Shown: piece after piece, positions 1 through 8,338 of the stretch
How the letters are laid out: every line of letters begins with the position of its first letter
Numbering within the stretch: the first letter of the stretch is position 1
Source of the DNA: a virus
Taxonomy: Duplodnaviria; Caudoviricetes
Virus record (IMG/VR): IMGVR_UViG_3300021603_000005
Coordinates: 1-64,000 of that record
Direction: 5' to 3' (one strand)
Length of the DNA: 64,000 nt
Translations under genes and position numbers: made by a program
The notes under the pieces: generated by a model
The model's database searches: none
What the model saw: the letters and a program-made list of their open reading frames with translations, nothing else
Told to the model about the DNA's origin: nothing

Positions 1-2
1 AC

Positions 3-431
3 CTACCACTAGACGCCGACCCGATAACGATACTCACTCGCACCGGAGGGAGAAGAGTAACTGACACACTAGAGGTGTTTCCCGACATAGACGTAGACCC
101 CTTTAACGGCGTATACTCAAGTACTTTCTTTGTTCGTCGGGCCAATCAAACAGTCTTTAATGGTCTTGACAAAAACAAACAATACAAAGTAACTATCGAT
201 CAGTCCGATGACAACTACATAAGACTATTGCGAATTGACGGAAAAATTATTGGGGAGTGTCCCATATATCTAAGTGAATTGTTTAACAAACAAACCAAGA
301 TTGAGATTATCAAAATAAATTACGATTGTCCAGTATTAGCATTTTCTTTTTTGTGTAAAGTATCGACAACACTGTTAAAGAAAAGACCATTTCAATACGG
401 GGTATTTGAGAAATATTCTTTGGAGATCTAA
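3..431 (+). CDS. HIRAN-domain-type protein, 5'-truncated by window edge
   Basis: Frame is open from position 3 (LPLDADPITILTRTGGRRVTDTLEVFP...IIGECPIYL...RPF), resembling HIRAN-domain proteins. Confidence 0.55.
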   Translation, partial: LPLDADPITILTRTGGRRVTDTLEVFPDIDVDPFNGVYSSTFFVRRANQTVFNGLDKNKQYKVTIDQSDDNYIRLLRIDGKIIGECPIYLSELFNKQTKIEIIKINYDCPVLAFSFLCKVSTTLLKKRPFQYGVFEKYSLEI

Positions 432-434
432 TCA

Positions 435-911
435 GTGGATAATGAGAAACCAGTCCTGCTTCAAGGCAAAGTTGCTGTAGACAATCGCGGGTGCATATCA
501 TTTGTGAATGATTTCGACATGGGTGATATTAAAAGATTCTATATAGTCAAGAATCACCAGCCCAACTTTATTCGTGCGTGGCACGCACACAGGCACGAAC
601 GTAAATATGTCATGGCATTAAAGGGGGCGGCAATAGTCGTCGCTATCCCACTGTCTGAACTTGAGGTTGTTAATAAACATTTCCCAGAAGATATGATGGA
701 TGGAATGTATAACTTCACACAGACGACTATAAGTAGTGATTCGCCAGCGATGTTTTGCATCCCGCCCGGTTATGGGAATGGATTCAAAACGCTAACACCA
801 GACACGGAATTAATATTCTTTTCTAGTGCAACGCTCGAAGAATCAAGGAATGATGATGTTAGATTTTCTGCGCAATTATGCAGGGACGCATTTGACGTAG
901 TGGAAAGATAA
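435..911 (+). CDS. RmlC/FdtA-like cupin, NDP-sugar epimerase/isomerase
   Basis: DNRG, IRAWHAH and IPPGYGNGF motifs. Confidence 0.8.
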   Translation: MDNEKPVLLQGKVAVDNRGCISFVNDFDMGDIKRFYIVKNHQPNFIRAWHAHRHERKYVMALKGAAIVVAIPLSELEVVNKHFPEDMMDGMYNFTQTTISSDSPAMFCIPPGYGNGFKTLTPDTELIFFSSATLEESRNDDVRFSAQLCRDAFDVVER

Positions 912-913
912 CA

Positions 914-1111
914 ATGAAACAGTTCCCGGCAATTATTAGAATCATAAAAATGGATGATGAATACAAGGTACAATTATGGGTAGATACCCAGGGGTTTACG
1001 GTGGAAACCGGTACATCTGAAAGTAGTGCTAGATGGTTTGTGGATATGCTCCATAAAGCAATTTGCAAAACGGGTGCTGACGTTATAATAGAGGAAAGGG
1101 AAATCGAATGA
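914..1111 (+). CDS. hypothetical protein
   Basis: Tightly coupled ORF. Confidence 0.6.
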   Translation: MKQFPAIIRIIKMDDEYKVQLWVDTQGFTVETGTSESSARWFVDMLHKAICKTGADVIIEEREIE

Positions 1112-1755
1112 AAAGCGGATACACTGATATAACACTAATTCTAGATAGATCTGGATCAATGAGCGTAATCAAGTGTGATACGATAGGTGGTGTTAATCAA
1201 TATATAGATTCGCAAAAGAATGGGCCAGGAGAATGCAGATTTTCTCTAGTACAATTTAATGAGTCCCATGAAAAATTGCATGACGGAAAACTGATCAGCG
1301 AGGTTGGGCCATTAACAACGGAAACATTCGTTCCATACGGATGTACAGCGCTATTTGATGCTATTGGGAATACAATAAATAGTACGGGTCGTCGTCTTGC
1401 CGCAATGCACGAGAACAATCGGCCCGATAAGGTTATTGTAGTTATCGTGACAGACGGATTAGAAAACTCAAGCACTGAATTTTCTGGCCAACAAATTCGT
1501 GAAATGATCGACCACCAGACAGGTAAATATAATTGGGAGTTTGTTTTTGTTGGTGCTAATCAGGACGCAATATTGTCTGGTAATAAGTTGGGCATTGATA
1601 GTAGTAGATCATTATGTTACATTGCAAATTGCATAGGCACACGACGCCTTTATGACTCACTTGCGGCCAATACAATGGATGTTCGGTGCGGAACAAAATC
1701 GAATATGTCATGGACGGAAAAAGACGTAAAGGCCCAAATAAATGCGTCGGCGTAA
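1108..1755 (+). CDS. von Willebrand factor A (vWA) domain protein
   Basis: MIDAS DRSGSM, TALFDAIG, VTDGLEN. Confidence 0.9.
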   Translation: MKSGYTDITLILDRSGSMSVIKCDTIGGVNQYIDSQKNGPGECRFSLVQFNESHEKLHDGKLISEVGPLTTETFVPYGCTALFDAIGNTINSTGRRLAAMHENNRPDKVIVVIVTDGLENSSTEFSGQQIREMIDHQTGKYNWEFVFVGANQDAILSGNKLGIDSSRSLCYIANCIGTRRLYDSLAANTMDVRCGTKSNMSWTEKDVKAQINASA

Positions 1756-1874
1756 AGGGATAGATAATATCTCTATTTGCAAAATGTGTCTTGAAGAAAG
1801 AGAAGACACAATTACTTGTATTTGTGGGGTTACATTGTGTCAATCGTGTTATATAAAACACAAAGAGAATTGTC

Positions 1875-2090
1875 ATGGACAAACCAGTAAACGGAAAAGG
1901 CGACAAGCCAAGACCAAAAAGTGTAACCGAAGAGGTGTTCGCAAAACGGTTCGATGATGCGTTCGGACACAAGCCATCCTGGTTTGAGACGGATGATCAT
2001 CAGAAATTCGTAGAAGAAGTTGAGAGAGAGCGTCGAGAACAGGCGATAAAGGAATTGGTTAGTCGGGGCCAAGAAGACGGAGACTACTGA
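1875..2090 (+). CDS. hypothetical protein
   Basis: ORF with GKGDKPRP motif common in phage small proteins. Confidence 0.6.
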   Translation: MDKPVNGKGDKPRPKSVTEEVFAKRFDDAFGHKPSWFETDDHQKFVEEVERERREQAIKELVSRGQEDGDY

Positions 2091-2092
2091 CA

Positions 2093-2275
2093 ATGGTTAC
2101 GAAGTTTGAAATTGGGGATGTTGTTGTGTTCAAATCTGGTGGTCCAAAGATGACTGTCACTAGCAAACAAACAAACACCATTACCGGCCCATCATATTTA
2201 TGCGGGTGGTTTGATAAAGAGGACAAGTATAACTGTTATTGGTTGTGCGTCGATGTCATTACCAAGGGGAACTAA
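2093..2275 (+). CDS. YodC/DUF2158 family protein
   Basis: FEIGDVVVFKSGGPKMTV...CGWF. Confidence 0.85.
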   Translation: MVTKFEIGDVVVFKSGGPKMTVTSKQTNTITGPSYLCGWFDKEDKYNCYWLCVDVITKGN

Positions 2276-2277
2276 TA

Positions 2278-2520
2278 ATGTCCTACGCAGCAATATGGGA
2301 AATCGGAAGTAACTCAAGGCCAGCAACAAAAGATCATCTCAATCGATTTAAGGATTATGTAAAAACACACGACGATCTATCTATCGAAGATCTTGAAGAT
2401 GAGTTGTTGATAGACGTAAAAATACAGGGGGTGTGCCGTTCCAAAACCAAATCTCCGCAACACATAATTATTGTCGTTGGAGAAAATGGGTCGATGGAGA
2501 TTAGCAAAATCGATGCTTAA
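2278..2520 (+). CDS. hypothetical protein
   Basis: ATG directly after upstream stop, with RBS. Confidence 0.55.
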   Translation: MSYAAIWEIGSNSRPATKDHLNRFKDYVKTHDDLSIEDLEDELLIDVKIQGVCRSKTKSPQHIIIVVGENGSMEISKIDA

Positions 2521-2643
2521 AATTATCGTTGACATGATAAATAGTACGGTCGTATATTTGATACTTGAGTCATCATTCATCTACGTGATTGAGTTGCTGG
2601 TGCTCATCATCGTATTGTGGCTTCTAACATACCTTGGGGTCTG

Positions 2644-2886
2644 ATGATAGAAATACAGAAACTTCGTAGGCCATTCCCCTGGAGATGCTTTGATTGCAGG
2701 ACAAAGACAGTGTATGAATGCGTGATCAGAAATTTCGAAACTAAGGTTGGCGATACCAAGGTGGTTGTTCCAGAGTTTAGTGTCGCCAAATGCAGTACGT
2801 GTGGCGGATTACACATTGACACGTTCGCTGACGATCAGATAAGGAAGGCGTATCGTGCCAAAACTGTTGAAGCTAAAAAGATGTGA
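2644..2886 (+). CDS. YgiT/MqsA-like zinc-ribbon protein
   Basis: CFDC...VVVP...KCSTCG pattern; no HTH domain follows. Confidence 0.6.
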   Translation: MIEIQKLRRPFPWRCFDCRTKTVYECVIRNFETKVGDTKVVVPEFSVAKCSTCGGLHIDTFADDQIRKAYRAKTVEAKKM

Positions 2887-3189
2887 AGAGCGAGGGCGCG
2901 GAGAGGAACTACTAGGATATATCACTATTGAAATACTAGGATATCATCTTAAGCAAAGACCAGACAAAACATACTGGATGGCGTGTGATACAATAACAAA
3001 TAGGGGGTTAACTACTATGGCTTGGTGTGATATCGAAGAAGATATATACAATGGGTGGTTACAAGAAAGTGTGTAACGAAATCACTACAAACGGTTTTAT
3101 ACAGGACTTATCGCGTAGAACAGTTTATACTTGGTGGCATTATCGCAAGACGAGAAAGAGTTGAATGAAGCGTCAACCATAGGAATATA

Positions 3190-4082
3190 GTGAACATGGA
3201 TAGACTAAGTGAAATCAAAGAACGGGTACAGAAGGCCACAAAGGGTCCATGGAGATGGAACCTAAACGACAAATCGAAACACATATATCTGGAGGCTTGT
3301 ATCTCTGGGTTCGAGTATGTTATGGACTTCGTTCGATGGGGAATGTGTGATGCGATACCAAGATTCAAGTCTGGCGACACAATGACACGCGCATGCGAAT
3401 TCGGCAAAGTTGTTCCAGGTCATGGGCATCACGCTAATTGGTTCAAGACAATTGATCATCCGGACGCCGACTTTATCGCGCACGCCCGTGAGGACGTGCC
3501 ATGGTTGGTGTCATAGGTAGAGCACCTACGCAAGTTGGTGTTACGAGACGGGGATGGCAAGATCGTCACCCAAGGCGCATTGAATATCCTGATGGATTTC
3601 TATTACAGGAGAATGGGTGAAAGGCCAGTATGTTTTCTAGACATGGATGGTGTGATTGCGAAATTATTGGATGTACTGAACAGGAGTTGTGGGATAAGAT
3701 CGATGGGGTCGGCCCATCGTTCTGGGAAAAAATACAGCCATACCCTTGGGTCCAGTCATTATTGGATAGTATACACAAACGCTTTGGATTAGAGAACACA
3801 TACTTGCTCAGCAACCCAGGTCGCAGCACAAGTTCTCCGTCTGGCAAATTGGCGTGGGTAAAAAGGTACATGCCGGAAGTGCTACACGACAGATTGATAA
3901 CGACAGGACATAAATACATGCTAGCTGGCGCAAACCGCACGCTCATCGACGACGACGAAGAAAACTGCGAAACGTTCAAAGCCGCTGGTGGCCGCGCAGT
4001 CTTGTTCCCGCAGCCATGGAATAGAATGAGAAATGTCGCAGTTGAAGCCGTGATACTAGATATTGGTAAGACAAAATGGTGA
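3190..4082 (+). pseudogene. Ead/Ea22-like domain plus HAD 5'(3')-deoxyribonucleotidase, disrupted
   Basis: ATKGPW...DADFIAHAREDVPWLVS-TAG(3514-3516)-VEHLRKL continues in frame to FLDMDGVIA; frame change near 3660 into EIIGC...GKLAWV...LIDDDEENCETF. Confidence 0.7.
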
Positions 4083-4384
4083 TACTATTAGACCTAGACG
4101 GAACTGTAATTGTAAATGGCAAACTTCATCCACGGTTCTTCGAGTTTCAAGAGTGGGTCAAAGATAATAAGCACAAGGTTATATTATGGACATCGCATGA
4201 CGAAGGAAATGTGTTTGCAGAACTCATGGGTTTTGAGTTTGTTAGTAAGAATAGCGGTGTGATCCCAAAAGGCTATTATCTGATCGATGATGAAGCGCCG
4301 CACTTTTACAAATATTGTGATGTAAGATATTACTCAAAGTCGATTGATAATTTTTTAAATAACCTGGGGATAACTAATGCCTAA
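4076..4384 (+). CDS. small HAD-superfamily hydrolase
   Basis: LLDLDGT, LWTS, LIDD motifs. Confidence 0.7.
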   Translation: MVILLDLDGTVIVNGKLHPRFFEFQEWVKDNKHKVILWTSHDEGNVFAELMGFEFVSKNSGVIPKGYYLIDDEAPHFYKYCDVRYYSKSIDNFLNNLGITNA

Positions 4385-4893
4385 GATTGTTATTATTGTG
4401 GTAAAATTACCGAGAGAAAATATGTCAATACATAACTGGTTAAAATAGCGCCAGGATTTTTTTGACCAACGCTGTTTTGGCGAGATGCAATTGGGCCTAT
4501 TGATTAGAACCCCCACCCCCGTTTAATATGACGTGCTAAATAACATAGGTGTCGTTAGAGTGCAAATAGTAGGTTACTGTATATAATACAAGATTTGGTT
4601 TTCTTGGGGCCTTGAATGCGTGGAAAGGCCCCGGCGTTATCGGACCAACCACAACATTATCGAACCGACCTATAAAACCCCCATACCCCTATGGACGGAT
4701 TATCGGACCAAGGCCATCCGGCGAAACAAAGACCGATAAGATACATTTTGCTAGGCCGATAAACATCAGCCAGAACACGGCCGATAACTACTCCGGTTGT
4801 TGGTACGCCAACGACAGATAATATCTTCCCTCTTGCAATAAAAACGACGGACCTTAACTTAACTCTTGAAACCACAATGACTTAGAAAAATAT

Positions 4894-4922
4894 TTGACAA
4901 CCAAACCATTATATACTACAAT
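4894..4922 (+). promoter_or_regulatory. sigma70-type promoter
   Basis: TTGACA-N17-TACAAT with upstream A-tract. Confidence 0.8.
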
Positions 4923-5112
4923 GAGGTGGACACTTAACATAAGGATATAGGACGATGACACCATTAGAACATTATCGGATTGAACTAGCCAGCGGATGGA
5001 CAAAGATTGATCGGACCAAACGGGGTTTTGGGGCGATAACAAGGGAATCGGTCCGGTTGGCAAGAATCAGGTTTTCGGAACGTGTTGCTAAGAATAACAA
5101 GGGGTGATAACC

Positions 5113-5328
5113 ATGATGACTATTGAGACCAAACACGAAACAGGTTACGGGACGTTTAGGGTGACAACAACCGACAAGGGTGCAATAAGTTATAAGACGT
5201 TCCACTATGATGGCAAATATGGGACGTTGCAGTGTAACACCTTGAACGGTTTGGTTTTAGGACTAACCAAGATAGGTTGCACAGTACCGATAACCGATAT
5301 GCGGGTTTTACTGGACATTGGCTATTAA
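5113..5328 (+). CDS. hypothetical protein
   Basis: GGGGTG RBS; lies between promoter 4894 and terminator 5411. Confidence 0.6.
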   Translation: MMTIETKHETGYGTFRVTTTDKGAISYKTFHYDGKYGTLQCNTLNGLVLGLTKIGCTVPITDMRVLLDIGY

Positions 5329-5410
5329 GGAGCGATAACATGTGGAGTATTATAGGACGATACGCTAGTGAACGTGGGGCGATAACTGGTTAAAGTATCG
5401 GTAACGATAT

Positions 5411-5445
5411 TATAGGACCATTCTAGCTAGTGGTCCTATATTTTT
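5411..5445 (+). terminator. intrinsic terminator
   Basis: TATAGGACCA/TGGTCCTATA 10-bp stem followed by T5. Confidence 0.7.
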
Positions 5446-5649
5446 GTCCAGAGCTAAGAGTTATCGGTCTTTTGTTGTTCGACATACACGAATGTTACCG
5501 GACTAGCAAAACATGTCTTATAGGATGATTCGATAACATGGTCAACGGTTATAAGACCAGAAGTAACAACGGGTTACTGCTAGACGAAGAAATGAATAAA
5601 CTGTTCACAAACATGGACCTTGTAATTATAAGACTGATGCTAATTAGTG

Positions 5650-5692
5650 TGATTAACTGGAGAATTGATTAACTGATTAATCAGTGATTAAC
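5650..5692. repeat. TGATTAA cluster (4 copies)
   Basis: Copies at 5650, 5666, 5674, 5685. Confidence 0.8.
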
Positions 5693-5822
5693 CAGATAAA
5701 AACACAGACCGATAATTATTCTCTGTCTCGCAAGTTATTGGACGATATACAGTTATTGTTATCGGCCTAGCAAAAGAGGTCTTATCGGACCAAAGAAAAA
5801 AAGAAAAAAACCGGTTGACTCG

Positions 5823-5851
5823 TTGACTTGCCTGTCTAACAGGTATATGAT
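5823..5851 (+). promoter_or_regulatory. sigma70-type promoter with palindromic spacer
   Basis: TTGACT-N17-TATGAT, upstream A-tracts (UP-like), CCTGT-CTA-ACAGG in spacer. Confidence 0.8.
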
Positions 5852-6007
5852 CTGGTGACAATTAAGCCTATCCTACGGGATAGGACGGATACCTGAGGAC
5901 AACGCTTGTGTTAACACGGCTATCTGCCTGTAGGCAGAATAACCGGTAAACGAGTTATCGGGGCGTTGCCGGGAAACAGCCGAATACCCGATTATAGGGG
6001 TTTGGTT

Positions 6008-6325
6008 ATGTCGGATACTATGTTGGATTCGGGTATCGTCGTTACCTCTGAAACGTTCTTGGGAACGCTCGCAGGGTACGCCAAGACCGCGCGGTTAGTG
6101 GACGCTCTCGTTGCGTCTGATAACCCGACACAGGATGTCGAAAGCGCGTTCAGCGCAATTGAGGCATTGCGCGCTTTGGAGTCGGCAGGCAAGGGTTATA
6201 CTCCTGCTGAGTCTCTGGGGTTTGGTTCCGAAAATGCGTCGACAATCGCCAGCGCGATTCTTGGCAAGCGCGCAAGCACCGCCAAGATTCGGACGATGGC
6301 GCGTAAGATCGGGCGCGCGGTGTAA
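6008..6325 (+). CDS. hypothetical 105-aa Ala-rich protein with basic C-terminus
   Basis: AGGGG RBS; downstream of promoter 5823 and a hairpin-rich leader. Confidence 0.7.
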   Translation: MSDTMLDSGIVVTSETFLGTLAGYAKTARLVDALVASDNPTQDVESAFSAIEALRALESAGKGYTPAESLGFGSENASTIASAILGKRASTAKIRTMARKIGRAV

Positions 6326-6340
6326 CGACGACAAACGGTA

Positions 6341-6388
6341 TGGGGTATCGGGTTTAGCCGATAACAGGGTGCAATTCCTTGTACCCCT
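6341..6388 (+). ncRNA. tRNA-like minihelix (acceptor-like stem plus T-arm)
   Basis: GGGGT/ACCCC stem, ATCGG/CCGAT hairpin, ACAGGG-TGCAATT-CCTTGT T-arm-like hairpin. Confidence 0.5.
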
Positions 6389-6390
6389 AT

Positions 6391-7172
6391 GGTGTACGGT
6401 ATGTCCGATAATGATAGCGGACCTCTGCTAGTTATCAGGCGCGCGGAGCGCGTCAATACGGGTAATCGGTCCGTCCGGTAAAAGCGCGGAGTCGCTGGGG
6501 CGATAATACCGGTTTGTCCGTTCGTGATCGTATCACGTTGTGTCAGCGTTATAGGGTCTGCGCCTAGCGTCTGGTCTTATAATGTTGCCGTCGATAGGGT
6601 ACGGTACGTCCCGATAAGGGTCAGGTCTAGGGGAGATTCCCTGCGCAAAGTAGATAGTCCGCGCCGAAAAACCAATTTTCGGTGGCGGATACTAGTCTAT
6701 CAAAACAGGGATGCAATATGGTCTAGGATGTCCCTCTGCACTGGCAATGTCTTGCAATGGACAGAGACATAAGTCGTGTCTGCGCAAGGCGATATGTATT
6801 GTCGTTGTAGTGTCAGAGGTCCAGTCATATCACACAAACCCCTGGAGAAATCGTTACTGGTGGTAGCCTTACCGGTAAACTAGATGTTAAACGGCGAATG
6901 GATTTTAGTTTCTCTAGTCGGTAGTGCCTGCGTCGATCAATTCGGCGCATGGGTAACGCGAGATGACAGTAGCGCATCGGCGGAATAAAGTCGAGTCAAC
7001 TAAGCCGACTCGTGCCGCGAAGATGTAAAAATGTTCATTCCTTAAGTGGCTTATTCCCATGTAGATACAGCGTTGAACGGTAGGCGCTTTCATAGCGCCC
7101 TATACCAGTCTGCCGCTATAAAGACAACAAACGATGATAACCGCTATCACCGTTAGTCTTTGCCGTATGACC
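6391..7172 (+). ncRNA. large (~780 nt) structured non-coding RNA candidate
   Basis: 5' and 3' ends pair, with many nested long-range helices containing G-U pairs; no credible ORF; followed by a terminator. Confidence 0.7.
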
Positions 7173-7200
7173 AGAGTTAACCCTGTGTTTACATGTTTTT

Positions 7201-7240
7201 CGCCCCTGATGACTCACCATCGTCAGGGGCGTTTTCTTTT
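7201..7240 (+). terminator. intrinsic terminator
   Basis: CGCCCCTGATGA/TCGTCAGGGGCG stem followed by TTTTCTTTT. Confidence 0.9.
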
Positions 7241-7245
7241 CTTAG

Positions 7246-7719
7246 GTGTTCAAACCACAATATGTAGAGTGTATGAATCGTTCATACACACCACACCTAG
7301 TAGCGCGTGACGGAGAAATTGGTATGTCAAAACAATTCGCGGACGGGTCGTGGGGAGTCCGCGTCAACGGGTTTGTCCCCACAAAAAAGCATCCGACAGA
7401 GATTGATAAAGCTGTTGGGGATCGGAGATTCGGGTATCGTGTCAGGCCACAGCGCGATGGGGTCGTGCTGGTCGATGGGGCTGATGGAAGTCCTATCTTC
7501 AAGAGTGCCAGGGGAACGGTTTGCAGAAAACGCAAGATGCCATGTCGGCTCTGTTCAAGGGCTGATAGCGCGGTCGTTGATCCGGCAGTGGGAAAAGAAA
7601 GGCAAACAGAAGTCCTTGTTGGCAAACAAATAAGACGGGATATGTTCCCGCGCTTCAGGGCTCGTAAGGGCCAAAAGCCAGCAAGTCAACAGCATTTCAA
7701 AAACCACACAAGTGTTTAA
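7246..7719 (+). CDS. hypothetical basic protein (uncertain)
   Basis: 157-codon ORF with weak RBS; start uncertain. Confidence 0.35.
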   Translation: MFKPQYVECMNRSYTPHLVARDGEIGMSKQFADGSWGVRVNGFVPTKKHPTEIDKAVGDRRFGYRVRPQRDGVVLVDGADGSPIFKSARGTVCRKRKMPCRLCSRADSAVVDPAVGKERQTEVLVGKQIRRDMFPRFRARKGQKPASQQHFKNHTSV

Positions 7720-7811
7720 GTGGTGAGCGGCCTAGCGTAACGGGCTATTAAGACTGAAAGTCAGCACAAATGTTGCTGATAGCGCCGTCTGGTTTGCAGG
7801 CCGTTCGATAT

Positions 7812-7886
7812 TGCGGCGGGGTGGAACAGGATTACCATACCAGCCCCATAAGCTGGAGATAGTGGGTTCGACTCCCACCGCCGCTA
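7812..7886 (+). tRNA. tRNA-Met(CAU), atypical, initiator-like 1:72 mismatch
   Basis: GCGGCG/CGCCGC acceptor, CCAGC-CCCATAA-GCTGG anticodon arm, GTGGG-TTCGACT-CCCAC T-arm. Confidence 0.8.
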
Positions 7887-8236
7887 GTATACGGCAGGGT
7901 ATACACTGACCGTAGAGGGCTCTTGGGGAAAGGCGCGATATATAGCGCTCGGTGGGACCAAGAGAGGATAATTTAGTCCACCGCATTAACTCTTCTGTCT
8001 GGCATCGACCAAGGGCCAGTAACTTGAGACTGGTTGGGGTTAACGGCCCCATAAAAAAGAACGAACTAGTCTCTCACGAGGGGTAGGTGAAGCCCTTCTT
8101 TATTCTTCGTTTTTCTGATATAAGTCCTTTTCCCCCGAGGTACTTAAGTCCCGTTGAAAATTTCATAAGTAACTTTTCGCCCTAGGGGAAACACTTTTCG
8201 CACCTTCGGGGTAGTCAGAAACCTCAAAATGACCAG

Positions 8237-8338
8237 TTAATCAGCGAATTAATCAGCAAGTGGTTAATCAATTAACCAGTTAACCAGAGAAAACGCTAAG
8301 TGGTTAATCAGTTAATCGGTTAATCAATTGGTTAATCA
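8237..8338. repeat. TTAATCA cluster (6 exact copies plus variants)
   Basis: Copies at 8237, 8249, 8264, 8304, 8320, 8332; reverse complement of the 5650 cluster unit. Confidence 0.8.

Larger units (their letters stand above)
4637..5787. repeat. dispersed CGATAA/TTATCG and TATNRGAC motif field
   Basis: 16 CGATAA/TTATCG copies counted by eye in ~1.15 kb, plus TATAGGAC/TATAAGAC/TATCGGAC copies. Confidence 0.75.

Noticed and set aside
3514-3516. TAG read-through or alternative genetic code
   Set aside because: TAG ends many well-bounded genes (e.g. 12862, 13551, 41360, 49674), no suppressor tRNA is seen, and TAA and TGA interruptions also occur
4600-5800. CRISPR array
   Set aside because: Repeats are 6-8 nt, irregularly spaced and on both strands; there is no constant repeat-spacer period and no cas operon (the PD-(D/E)XK nuclease is stand-alone)
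6524-6772. 82-aa ORF inside the large RNA
   Set aside because: No RBS, GTG start, composition not protein-like, and it overlaps extensive pairing
6391-7172. Group I/II intron, RNase P or tmRNA identity for the large RNA
   Set aside because: AGATAGTCC resembles a group I S element but has no matching R/P7 partner or exons; no group II domain V, RNase P P4 or tmRNA termini were recognised. A formal CM search is still needed.
7206-7212. Hammerhead core CTGATGA
   Set aside because: It is part of the terminator stem, with no correctly placed GAAA or stems
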